A stretch of DNA of 64,000 nucleotides, taken from Alphaproteobacteria bacterium (GTDB taxonomy: Bacteria; Pseudomonadota; Alphaproteobacteria; Bin95). Shown piece after piece: positions 55,553 through 64,000 of this stretch (within the stretch, counting starts at the first letter, position 1; the number at the start of each line of letters is the position of its first letter). Location of the stretch: the NCBI GenBank assembly GCA_964291285.2, contig OZ219789.1, forward strand, positions 224,001 through 288,000. The letters are read 5' to 3'. A program made the translations under genes and the position numbers. The notes below the pieces were generated by a model. That model had not been told where the DNA came from and searched no databases. It saw nothing but the letters and a program-made list of their open reading frames with translations.

Positions 55553-57991
55553 ATGAACTTCATCGCCCCCGGGGCCGGGCCGCTCATCCGGGAGATCCCG
55601 CTCTCCCGGCTCGCGCTCGCGCCCGAGAACGTCCGCAAGACCCCGCCCGACCCCCGGGCCGACGCCGAGCTCAAGGCCTCGATCGCCGCCCTCGGGCTGC
55701 TGGAGAACCTCGTCGTCCGCGCCGATGAGCCCGACGAGGATGGCGCCGAGCGGTACGCCGTGGTGGCCGGCGGGCGCCGCTTCAGGGCCATGCAGGCGCT
55801 GGTCGAGGACAAGGTGTTCGATGCCGACCATCCAGTGCCCTGCCTGGTCAAGAGCGAGGTCGAACCCGCCGAGATCTCGCTCGCCGAGAACGTCATCCGC
55901 GTGCCGATGCACCCCGCCGACCAGGTGGTGGCGTTCACGAAGCTGGCCGACGCCGGCCAGTCGGTATCCGCCATCGCGGCACGGTTCGGCGCATCCGAGC
56001 GCATCGTCGAGCAGCGGCTGCGCCTCGGCAACGCCGCGCCGGAACTGCTGGACGCCTACCGGGCCGGCGAGATCGACCTCGAAGTGCTGAAGGCCTTCGC
56101 CGTCACGACCGACCGGGAGCGCCAGATGGCGGCCTGGGAGCACGTATCCGGTCAAGGCTACCGCCCGTCGGCCTGGCAGGTGAAGCGCCTGCTGACCGGG
56201 GAGCGGGTGCCGGGCGCCACGGCGATCGCCCGCTTCGTCGGCGTCGAGGCCTATGAGGCCGCCGGCGGCACCGTCATGCGCGACCTGTTCGCGCGGAACG
56301 ACGAGAGCGGCCTCTGGTTCGAGGACCCGGTGCTGCTGGAGAAGCTGGCGACGCAGAAGCTCCAGGCGGCGGCCGACGAGCTGGCGACCCGCTGGAAGTG
56401 GGCCACGGCCATGGTCGAGGTCGACTGGAGCGACACCGCCAGCTGCGGCCGCATCGAGCCCGAGCCCGGCACGCCGACCGAGGAGGAGCAGGCCGAGATC
56501 GCCAGGCTGGAAGCCCGGCAGGCGGAACTCGCCGAGCTCGACGACGAGGAGTGGACCGGGGAGCTGGTCTCCGAAGCCGAGGCCATCGAGACCCGCCTCG
56601 ACGAGATCGCGGGCGCCGTCGATGCCCGCGCGGTGTTCCGCCGCGAGGACTTCGCGATGGCGGGCTGCATCGTCACCGTCGGCCATGACGGCGCGATGCA
56701 GGTCATCCAGGGGTTGGTGAAGCCCGAGGACATGCCGAAGCCGGAAGAGACCGGCGGCGCCGGTTCCCCGGCCGCCAACGGTCACGACCCGAATGCCATG
56801 ACCCACGGCGTCCACACCGGCGGTCCTGGCGTTCACACCGCCGGTTCGCCGGTCTCGACCCCGATGGCGCCGCCGCGCGACCGCGAGGCCGAGGCGCGCA
56901 AGGAGGCGGGCGTCGGCATCGGCCTTGCCGACGATCTGCGGCATATCCGGACGGCGCTCATCAAGGCCTATCTCGCCGGCGACTTCGACGCCGCCTTCGA
57001 CCTCGTGGTGTTCCAGATGGGGCGCTCCGTGTTCACCCGCGGCTATACGCCCCACGCGCTCGACATCGCCATCCGCGAGACCGCCGACCGGCCGACCACC
57101 CGCATGAACGACGCCGGTTTCGCGGACTGGTCGCCGGGCGAGGCGACGCTGGAAGACCGCTCGGGCCTGTCGATGGACTGGCTGGAGATCGAGGACGACG
57201 GCGAGTCCTTCGCCGCGCTGCGGGCGCTGCCCCAGGCGGAGAAGCAGGCGCTGTTCGCCGCCTGCGTCGCGAGGACGGTGAAGCCCCAGCTCGCCTTCGA
57301 GCCCGAGGCGCGTCCCGAGCTCGAAGCCACCGTAGCCCGGCTGGATATCGAGTTCGCGAAGCAGGTCCGCCCGACGGCGGCGATGCTGTGGTCGCGGATC
57401 GCCAAGAACCGCATCCTCGACATCGCCCGCACGGTGTTCGGCATCGCCTGGGCCTCGGCGCGCGCCAAGACCAGGAAGCCGGTGCTGGCCGAGGCGATGG
57501 AGACCGCGTTCGCGGCCGGCGCCACGCCGGCCGGACTGAGCGCCGGGATGCACGCGGCCGCGCTCGCCTGGACCCCGCCCGGCTTCAGAGCGTTCGATAC
57601 CGGGCGCATCGGCGACGTGGTGGACCATGCGGCGGTGGAGGCGCAGCCGGCGCCGGACGCCGTTGAGGCTTCCGCCGAATCGGAACCCGGGGAACCGACC
57701 GTCGATACTGCGGCCGGGCAGGAAGGCGCGCCGCCCGCCGGCAATGGCCATGCGGCGGAGGCCGCGCCGGAACCGGAGCCGTCGCAGGGCAATGGCGCGC
57801 ATACCGGCAACGGCGCCGCCGAAACGGTCGATTCCGGGCCGGGCGCCGAACCCGGCGACGCCGCCGAGGCCGATCCCGATCCGACCCTCGCGGGCGGGCC
57901 GGACGGCATCGCGGCGACCGGTCCGGTCAACGGCCACGCCCCGCCCGCGGACCCGGCGGATATCCCCGAGTTCCTCCGCCGCGTCCACTGA
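55553..57991 (+). CDS. Long ParB/Spo0J-domain protein of the conjugative leading-region type
   Basis: LKASI...GLLENL, VVAGGRR, SLAEN..R.PMHPAD; acidic tail ending DIPEFLRRVH; GGAGG RBS. Confidence 0.85.
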   Translation: MNFIAPGAGPLIREIPLSRLALAPENVRKTPPDPRADAELKASIAALGLLENLVVRADEPDEDGAERYAVVAGGRRFRAMQALVEDKVFDADHPVPCLVKSEVEPAEISLAENVIRVPMHPADQVVAFTKLADAGQSVSAIAARFGASERIVEQRLRLGNAAPELLDAYRAGEIDLEVLKAFAVTTDRERQMAAWEHVSGQGYRPSAWQVKRLLTGERVPGATAIARFVGVEAYEAAGGTVMRDLFARNDESGLWFEDPVLLEKLATQKLQAAADELATRWKWATAMVEVDWSDTASCGRIEPEPGTPTEEEQAEIARLEARQAELAELDDEEWTGELVSEAEAIETRLDEIAGAVDARAVFRREDFAMAGCIVTVGHDGAMQVIQGLVKPEDMPKPEETGGAGSPAANGHDPNAMTHGVHTGGPGVHTAGSPVSTPMAPPRDREAEARKEAGVGIGLADDLRHIRTALIKAYLAGDFDAAFDLVVFQMGRSVFTRGYTPHALDIAIRETADRPTTRMNDAGFADWSPGEATLEDRSGLSMDWLEIEDDGESFAALRALPQAEKQALFAACVARTVKPQLAFEPEARPELEATVARLDIEFAKQVRPTAAMLWSRIAKNRILDIARTVFGIAWASARAKTRKPVLAEAMETAFAAGATPAGLSAGMHAAALAWTPPGFRAFDTGRIGDVVDHAAVEAQPAPDAVEASAESEPGEPTVDTAAGQEGAPPAGNGHAAEAAPEPEPSQGNGAHTGNGAAETVDSGPGAEPGDAAEADPDPTLAGGPDGIAATGPVNGHAPPADPADIPEFLRRVH

Positions 57992-58012
57992 CCGCCACGG
58001 CGGCCATCGAGA

Positions 58013-58051
58013 CGCCCCGCCGGGTTCGCCGCCCGGCGGGGCGCTTTCTTT
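58013..58051 (+). terminator. GC-rich hairpin with pyrimidine tail
   Basis: CGCCCCGCCGGG / CCCGGCGGGGCG followed by CTTTCTTT. Confidence 0.55.
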
Positions 58052-58074
58052 CCGCATGTCACGGAGGGTCCCGC

Positions 58075-59853
58075 ATGAGCCCCACCGCAGCACCGCTCCC
58101 GCCGACCATACGCGCGCGCATCCATGAGAGCGCCGTCAGGCGGGTCACCCGCATCTATTCCGCCTCACTGGCCGACATTTTCGCCGAGACCCTGCAAAAC
58201 AGCCGCCGAGCCGGCGCCGCGCGGGTGCGTATGTCCGTTTCCGCTCCCGTCGCCCGGCCGGACGAAATCCCCTCCACGACGGAGGACACGCCGGTCACTG
58301 TCACCGTGTCCGACGACGGCGCGGGCATCGCCGATCCCGCCGTGCTGCTGAGCTTCGGCGAGAACGGCTGGTCCGACGAGCTGGTCCGGCGCGAGGACGC
58401 CGCCGGCTTCGGCTTCGCCAGCCTGGCGCGCCGCGGCTGCACCGTCACCTCGCGCCCGCGTTCTCCGGACGGCGAGGTTCTGCGCAGCTGGACGGTTGAA
58501 CTGGCCCCGGCGCATTTCCTGGGAGAGGCCGACGCCGAGGTGCATCCCGATACCGATGCGCCGTTTCCGCACGGGACGGTAATTTCGTTCGAGGCGACCG
58601 AGTCCGCCGGCGCGATCCGCAACGCGGCCGAGAACGCCGCCCGGCATTACCCCCTTCCGGTCCTCTTCGAGGACGGTACGGAAGGCGGCGCCGGTGCCGG
58701 GGAGCTGCCGCGCCGCGCGTTTCTCGATGGGGCCGTCCATGCCGAGGTTTGGCGCGGCCTCGCGTTCGGTGTCTTCCGGAGCCGCCATCGCGGCTACAAC
58801 GACCCCGACCTCAACTTCTTCGGCCTCACCCTGCCGGTCGGGCTTCCCGCGGTCGAGACCGTCCACGGCCCGGTCTGGAGCGTATGTGCCGACATCCAGG
58901 ACTGCCCCGAGCTGGAGCTGGTCCTGCCGGCCCGCAAGGAGGCGGTCGGGAACGCCTTCCTGGACGAAATGCGCGAAGCCGCGCGGCTCGCCGCCTACCG
59001 CGCCATGGCCGCCGACCCAGACCCGCGCCCCGTCTTCCGGGACTGGACGCGGGCGCGCGAGGCCGGCATCGGGATCGCGCCGCCGCCGGCCCTGCTGCGG
59101 CCCTGGCGGCCCTCCGTCGCCGATGTCAACGACTGGCGCGATCCGGCGAAGCTCGCCGCCGCCGGCCCCGACGCCTTGGTCATGGCCTGCGACCCGGAGC
59201 CGCCGGAGGCGCAGGCACTCTGGCGCGCCGCCGAACGCGCCGGCATCGCTCAGCACCTGTTCGAGACCGACCGCAGGCTGGAGGGCTATGGCTGGTATGA
59301 CGGGCCCGATCGGGTGGCGGACATCGCCGTCCGGGTTGCCGCCGAAGGCAAATGGATGGCGCTCGACGAGTACCCGCTGCCCGAGACGTCGCGTTCACCG
59401 GCCGCGCCGCTGCCCTCCCGGCCCGCCGCCATCCGTTTCGAGCTCGCCGTCCGTCCGGCATCGGGTCCGGCGCGCACCCTCGACCTGCCGGCCGATCTTG
59501 TCTTCGCCGGGGAGGCCTGGGGCTGGATCGACGACACCATGCCGCTGGTGGCCGTGGACAGCGCCCTCCAGCCGCACGAGCTGGCAGAGCTGCTCAGGGC
59601 CGGGTTCTTCTCGCCGTCGGACGAGGCCGACTCGGACAGCTGGGAGACCCAGCGCGACCGGTTCGACGAGCAGGCGCTGCATCTGGCGACCCGCCTGCTG
59701 CTGTCCGACGACGAGGCCTGCCGGACCTCCATCGCCGAGGCGGTCCGCCGCGAGCTGATCTGGCTCGCCCCGCGCGACCGCACCGTCGACATCCGCATCC
59801 GCCGGCCCGACGTGGCCGTGACCCTCGGCGCCGCCGCGGAGGCCGTGTCGTGA
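58075..59853 (+). CDS. GHKL (HATPase_c) domain ATP-binding protein
   Basis: ETLQNSRRAG, DDGAGI, GFGFASL, HGT. Confidence 0.8.
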   Translation: MSPTAAPLPPTIRARIHESAVRRVTRIYSASLADIFAETLQNSRRAGAARVRMSVSAPVARPDEIPSTTEDTPVTVTVSDDGAGIADPAVLLSFGENGWSDELVRREDAAGFGFASLARRGCTVTSRPRSPDGEVLRSWTVELAPAHFLGEADAEVHPDTDAPFPHGTVISFEATESAGAIRNAAENAARHYPLPVLFEDGTEGGAGAGELPRRAFLDGAVHAEVWRGLAFGVFRSRHRGYNDPDLNFFGLTLPVGLPAVETVHGPVWSVCADIQDCPELELVLPARKEAVGNAFLDEMREAARLAAYRAMAADPDPRPVFRDWTRAREAGIGIAPPPALLRPWRPSVADVNDWRDPAKLAAAGPDALVMACDPEPPEAQALWRAAERAGIAQHLFETDRRLEGYGWYDGPDRVADIAVRVAAEGKWMALDEYPLPETSRSPAAPLPSRPAAIRFELAVRPASGPARTLDLPADLVFAGEAWGWIDDTMPLVAVDSALQPHELAELLRAGFFSPSDEADSDSWETQRDRFDEQALHLATRLLLSDDEACRTSIAEAVRRELIWLAPRDRTVDIRIRRPDVAVTLGAAAEAVS

Positions 59854-60191
59854 CCCGGGCCTGGACTGTGCAGGCCGGGTATATGGCCCACCACGCCAAC
59901 ACCGTCACGGTCGAGGCCGGGAGCCTTGAGGAAGCCCTCGAAAAGGCCATCGGCGCCGCCAACGAGGACGCCGCCGGCTGGCGCAGCACCGACCATGTCA
60001 CCGACACCCATGTCGATGCGGTCTGCGAGGGCGCCGGCGGCGATCCGTGGGGCGAAGGGTCGCTCCCTGTCCCGGACCGCTTCGCCGAAGGCGGCGAGCC
60101 GCCGCTGGTGACCGTGTGGCTCGGTCCGGACGGCAGGCCCGCCGCCCGCGTCGAGGGCGGCAGGGCCCGGGTCCGCATCCTCGACGGCTGA
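59850..60191 (+). CDS. Hypothetical protein
   Basis: GTGA overlap with the upstream gene. Confidence 0.6.
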   Translation: MTRAWTVQAGYMAHHANTVTVEAGSLEEALEKAIGAANEDAAGWRSTDHVTDTHVDAVCEGAGGDPWGEGSLPVPDRFAEGGEPPLVTVWLGPDGRPAARVEGGRARVRILDG

Positions 60192-60283
60192 CCGGCTGCC
60201 GGGCCGCCGCCATTCCATCCACCCCGAAGCCGCCCCGCCGCCGTCCCGGACCGGGGCGGCTCGCCATGAGGGAGACCGCAACC

Positions 60284-60505
60284 ATGAAGCTCGACGCCAT
60301 GCCCGCCGCGAACACCCCATTCATCGCGCCTGCTCCGGGGGAGCCCGGTGATGAAGCGCAAAAACGCGCCATCGCCGATGCCGTCTGGACCGACCTGCTC
60401 TGGCTGATGCCGCCCGACCGCACCGTCACGGTCACCGTCCGCGACGGCAATGTCGCGGTCGATCTCGGCTCGCCCGGCCCGATGCCGGAGACCCCGGTCA
60501 ACTGA
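60284..60505 (+). CDS. Small protein resembling the C-terminus of the 58075-59853 ATPase
   Basis: AIADAVWTDLLWLMPPDRTVTVTVR vs SIAEAVRRELIWLAPRDRTVDIRIR. Confidence 0.55.
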   Translation: MKLDAMPAANTPFIAPAPGEPGDEAQKRAIADAVWTDLLWLMPPDRTVTVTVRDGNVAVDLGSPGPMPETPVN

Positions 60506-60676
60506 CCGCGCAGGCCGCACCCGGTTCCCGATCCGGCGCCGCCGCCGGCCCATCGGGCCCGCCGCCGGTTCCGCTCCCCCCGGAGTGGTGGCCGGCCTGC
60601 CGGGGGCGCCGGGCGGGCAGGGCGCGGGAGCGTTCCGGCCCGCCGCACACCCGTTTACCCCGCCGGGAGACAACCC

Positions 60677-61063
60677 ATGGAACTGCTTACCCCCGAACTT
60701 CGCGAGCAGCTGATCGCCAACGGCAGGAACCCCGACAGAGACAGGGTTCCGCTCGTCAAGTGGTTCAACCCCGCCGGCGCCGGCACCTGGCTGATCGTCG
60801 ACGCCGATCCGGAGGACCCCGATATCCATTTCGGGCTCATGGATCTGGGTTTCGGCACCCCGGAGCTCGGCAGTGTCCGCCTGTCCGAACTGGAGGCCTT
60901 CGAGGGTCCGTTCGGCCTCGGCATCGAGCGGGACCTCTGGTTCCAGCCGGCCCACCCGATCGGCGTCTACGCCGAAGCCGCGCGCCGCGCCGGGCGCATC
61001 GTGGAGCTCGGGCCGGAACTCGACGCGGCCGCCCGCAGCCGCACAAGTCCTGCCGGCGCCTGA
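60677..61063 (+). CDS. DUF2958 domain protein
   Basis: PLVKWFNPAGAGTWL, FGLMDLGFG.PELGSV.LSEL, IERDLWF. Confidence 0.88.
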   Translation: MELLTPELREQLIANGRNPDRDRVPLVKWFNPAGAGTWLIVDADPEDPDIHFGLMDLGFGTPELGSVRLSELEAFEGPFGLGIERDLWFQPAHPIGVYAEAARRAGRIVELGPELDAAARSRTSPAGA

Positions 61064-61146
61064 TCCCCTTGCCCAGCCCGGTTTCGCGCCCCGTCCCCCG
61101 GCTCGCGGGCCGGGGCGCTTTCCTTTCCCGATCACGGAGACCGCCC

Positions 61147-61479
61147 ATGCCCGATCCCGCGATTGCCGCCGCGCCCGCCGGCGCGCCGCCGCCGATGCAC
61201 CCGATGGACCCGCGCCGGGGCGAGGACCTCTCGCCCATGTTCGCGGCGTTCCTCTGCTGGCTGCTTGGCCTCGAACCCATGACCACGCCGGCCATCACCG
61301 GGATATCCGTCGCCGGCGAGTCGGTGCTGGCCGCCACCACCGACGACCCGTTCTTCAACGCCCATCTGGGATCGGTGGATGACTTCGAGCGCAACCTGCG
61401 CGGCTGGGGCGAGGCCTGCGGCGCCGACGCGTCCAACATCGACGGCCTCGTCGACAGTATGAGGAGAGCCGGGCGATGA
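61147..61479 (+). CDS. Hypothetical protein
   Basis: GGAGA RBS; ATGA overlap with the next gene. Confidence 0.55.
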   Translation: MPDPAIAAAPAGAPPPMHPMDPRRGEDLSPMFAAFLCWLLGLEPMTTPAITGISVAGESVLAATTDDPFFNAHLGSVDDFERNLRGWGEACGADASNIDGLVDSMRRAGR

Positions 61480-61778
61480 GCTTCCCGGACTTGCCCGCCC
61501 GGTACGACCGCCACCGCGCAGCGCTCGACATCGTCGATCCGGGGGCCTGCAACCCGTCCGGCGTCGCGCTCGCGCTCCACGCCGCCTGCCGGCAGGCCAT
61601 CGCGGAGGGGGTCTCCCAGCGCGACGACCCCGCCATCCGCCTGATCGGCCTCCAGATCGCCTCGCTGCTCCATGTCGACCGCATCCTCGACGGCGACGAA
61701 TACGGGCGGCTGGTCGAGCAATGCACCGCCCGCGCTGCCGAGCGCGAACACGCCGCCAACCGGGAGATTGCCGCATGA
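61476..61778 (+). CDS. Hypothetical protein
   Basis: Translationally coupled on both sides. Confidence 0.6.
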   Translation: MSFPDLPARYDRHRAALDIVDPGACNPSGVALALHAACRQAIAEGVSQRDDPAIRLIGLQIASLLHVDRILDGDEYGRLVEQCTARAAEREHAANREIAA

Positions 61779-62524
61779 GCCCGCAGGACAGGCCCGGACC
61801 GGGTTTCGACGAGATGCCGCTGTTGGACATGCCGGCGGGCCCGGCCTCGGTCCGGGAGGCCGTGAGCCGCCGCCGGCTCCGGGCCCGGTTCCTGCGCGCC
61901 GGGCGCGACGCCGTCGACGACCGAGACCTGCTGGAGCTGCTGCTCGCCGGGCGTCAGGGCGTGTACGACGCCGGGGCGCTGGCCGGGTGCCTGCTCGACA
62001 TGTTCGGCGCCGCGCCGCGCGTCCTCGCCGCGCGGCCGGACCGGCTGCGCACGGTGCCCGGCCTCTCCGAGGACGCCCTCGCCGCCCTCAAGGCCGCCGA
62101 GGCGCTCGGCATCCGCATGGCTCGGCAGGCCGTTCCCGCCGCCGTGCGCCCCTCCCTCTGCAACTATTCCGAGGTCATCGACTATTGCCGCACCCTCGCC
62201 GGCCATCGCGAGGTCGAGCAATTCCACGTGCTGTATCTGGACCGGAAGAACAGGCTCATCGCCGACCGCCTGCACCAGCAGGGCACGGTCTGCCACACCC
62301 CGGCCTATCCGCGCGAGATCTGCGTGCGCTGCCTCGAACTTCAGGCCAGCGGGGTCATAGCCGTACACAATCACCCGTCGGGCGATCCCATACCGTCCAG
62401 GGCCGATATCGACATGACCGGCCGCATCCGCGACGCGCTGAAGATGATCGGGGTCACCCTGCTCGACCATCTCATCGTCACGCCGACCGGCACGGTCAGC
62501 TTCCAGTCGCGCGGCCTGCTCTGA
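61775..62524 (+). CDS. radC: RadC family JAB-domain protein
   Basis: E.FHVLYLD.KNRLI, YPREI, HNHPSGDP.PS.AD, LLDHLIV. Confidence 0.93.
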   Translation: MSPQDRPGPGFDEMPLLDMPAGPASVREAVSRRRLRARFLRAGRDAVDDRDLLELLLAGRQGVYDAGALAGCLLDMFGAAPRVLAARPDRLRTVPGLSEDALAALKAAEALGIRMARQAVPAAVRPSLCNYSEVIDYCRTLAGHREVEQFHVLYLDRKNRLIADRLHQQGTVCHTPAYPREICVRCLELQASGVIAVHNHPSGDPIPSRADIDMTGRIRDALKMIGVTLLDHLIVTPTGTVSFQSRGLL

Positions 62525-62618
62525 CGGGCCGCGCCGGCGCCCCGGCGCCCGCAATCCGGCCCTCGCGCAATCGCGCCGAGGGTCGCTGTCCGTTTCATCC
62601 CACCGAGGACAACCGGCC

Positions 62619-63425
62619 ATGACACCGTTTCCCGACCCTTCCCTCCAACGCGCCGATTGCCGGACGGCCTCGACGACGGCCCTTGCCGAGCGGCCGCCGA
62701 TCGTCACGCCGGCAGACATCTGCAACGATGCGATCGCGCTGCTGGAAGCCGGCTGGACCCAGGAGGGCGCGCTCGACGCCGAAGGCCGGTCCTGCAACGC
62801 GCTCTCGCCGCACGCCAGGCGCTTCTCCCTCGACGCTGCCATCCGCCGCGCCGCTTACGACCTCGGGGGACGGCATTTCCGCGACCGGCTGGACCCCGGC
62901 GATACCGCGGGCGACGCGCTGCGCGCCCTGGCCGGCCATCTCCTCGCCATGCTGCGCAAGGCGCTGCCGGCCGGTCCGCCGGAACTCACCGTGTTCGACG
63001 AGGTCTGCGACTCGCAGGAGCTCGCCGTCGCCGTACTCCGGTCGGCCCGCGCCTCCCTCCCGGAATATCCCGGCCTCCGGCCCCGAACGGCAACGAAGCG
63101 CAGGCGCCCGGGCGTGCATGCCTTCCTGGTCGAGGGCGAGGAGGCGGCCATCCTGCAGAGGGACGGGCAGTATTGGCGCATCCACGGCTTCGGCGAGGCC
63201 GGGCGCTGCCATGCCGCCACCACGCTCGCCGGGGTCCGGCGCTATTGCGAGATCTTCGCCTTCGCCGAAGCCGAGAAGACCCGGAAATACCGGATCGAAA
63301 AGCGCCGGCGCATCGCCCGGCTGCTCGCCGCCGACCGCTCGCCCGGTGTCTGGCGCGAGGTGCGGCGCATCCTCGAAAACCCGCTCGATCCCGACCCGCC
63401 GGCCGCCGCCTCTCCGCACGAATGA
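62619..63425 (+). CDS. Hypothetical protein
   Basis: GAGGA RBS; GC3-rich frame. Confidence 0.55.
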   Translation: MTPFPDPSLQRADCRTASTTALAERPPIVTPADICNDAIALLEAGWTQEGALDAEGRSCNALSPHARRFSLDAAIRRAAYDLGGRHFRDRLDPGDTAGDALRALAGHLLAMLRKALPAGPPELTVFDEVCDSQELAVAVLRSARASLPEYPGLRPRTATKRRRPGVHAFLVEGEEAAILQRDGQYWRIHGFGEAGRCHAATTLAGVRRYCEIFAFAEAEKTRKYRIEKRRRIARLLAADRSPGVWREVRRILENPLDPDPPAAASPHE

Positions 63426-63485
63426 AACACGGCAGGGACGCCCCGCGCCGCCCATCCCCGTCTCCCGACACCTGAAGGAGCCGCC

Positions 63486-64000
63486 ATGCTTCACAGGATC
63501 ACCGGCCGCGCCACGAAGTGCGGCCCCTCCGCGATTTCCGCGATCGCCGGCGTGCCGACCCACGAGGCCGCGGCCGTCATCCGCCGCCTGTTCGACCGGC
63601 GCTCGGTCAACGGCGTCTTCATGGACGAGCTCGCCGCCGCGCTCGCCGAGTTCGGCTGGACGCCGGACTACGCCATCCGCCATCCGAAGCTTCGCGACCG
63701 CCGTTTCGCGCGCAGCGAGGAGGCCTGGGAGCGGATCTTCGCCGGCGTCCCCTCCGACGAGTGCGCCATGACGCTCGGCACGTTCCTCGACCCCGCGCCG
63801 GCCGGAACCTGGGCGATCTCGGCGAGCAACCATTTCATCGCCTATGCCGACGGCTTCGTCGCGGACTCTGGTGCCTGGGTTGAGCGCAAACCCCGCCCGT
63901 GGTTCCGCGCCGATCCCGACTGCGACCGGGTCGCAAGACGGCGCATCCGTGAGGCCGTCCGGTTCGTGCGCGCCGCCCCCGGCGACGCCCGCCGCAACCC
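63486..64000 (+). CDS. Partial ORF, possible papain-like/C39-like peptidase (runs off the window)
   Basis: AAGGAG RBS; MLHRITGRATKCGPSAISAIAG...SNHFIAYADGFVADS; absent from the supplied ORF track. Confidence 0.55.
   Translation, partial: MLHRITGRATKCGPSAISAIAGVPTHEAAAVIRRLFDRRSVNGVFMDELAAALAEFGWTPDYAIRHPKLRDRRFARSEEAWERIFAGVPSDECAMTLGTFLDPAPAGTWAISASNHFIAYADGFVADSGAWVERKPRPWFRADPDCDRVARRRIREAVRFVRAAPGDARRN

Noticed and set aside
55007-58093. 1028-aa minus-strand ORF and similar long antisense ORFs (e.g. 22376-24688, 2840-4531)
   Set aside because: Shadow frames of GC-rich real genes; Arg/Gly/Ala-rich with no motifs.

Overview
A GC-rich, probably alphaproteobacterial accessory region. It has no housekeeping, rRNA, tRNA or CRISPR features. 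It consists of conjugative/integrative-element backbone genes (RHH protein, ssb, two DUF2493/SLOG genes, DUF4326, TOPRIM primase, tandem tyrosine integrases, HU, ParB-like, GHKL ATPase, DUF2958, radC) interleaved with three defence clusters. Cluster 1 is a Zn-ribbon N6-MTase plus a PD-(D/E)XK endonuclease hit by three ISs, two of which carry a nested IS. Cluster 2 is a RelE/HTH TA pair, DUF5131+TcmP, a Type ISP remnant, a Type IIG RM and a Dsr1-like sirtuin split by IS256. Cluster 3 is a metallophosphoesterase + Hsp90-like ATPase pair, a second Type IIG-like RM and an orphan gene. Ten IS copies could be delimited by their IRs, nine with target duplications. Highlights: (i) two identical 27-bp MOBF-type oriT/nic-like sites in direct repeat 22,010 bp apart, bracketing cluster 2, each followed by leading-region-like genes, with no relaxase in the window; (ii) a lower-GC metallophosphoesterase-GHKL ATPase operon as a candidate undescribed defence system; (iii) covarying hairpins shared by unrelated mobile DNA. 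All family assignments come from motif recognition by eye, not database searches.
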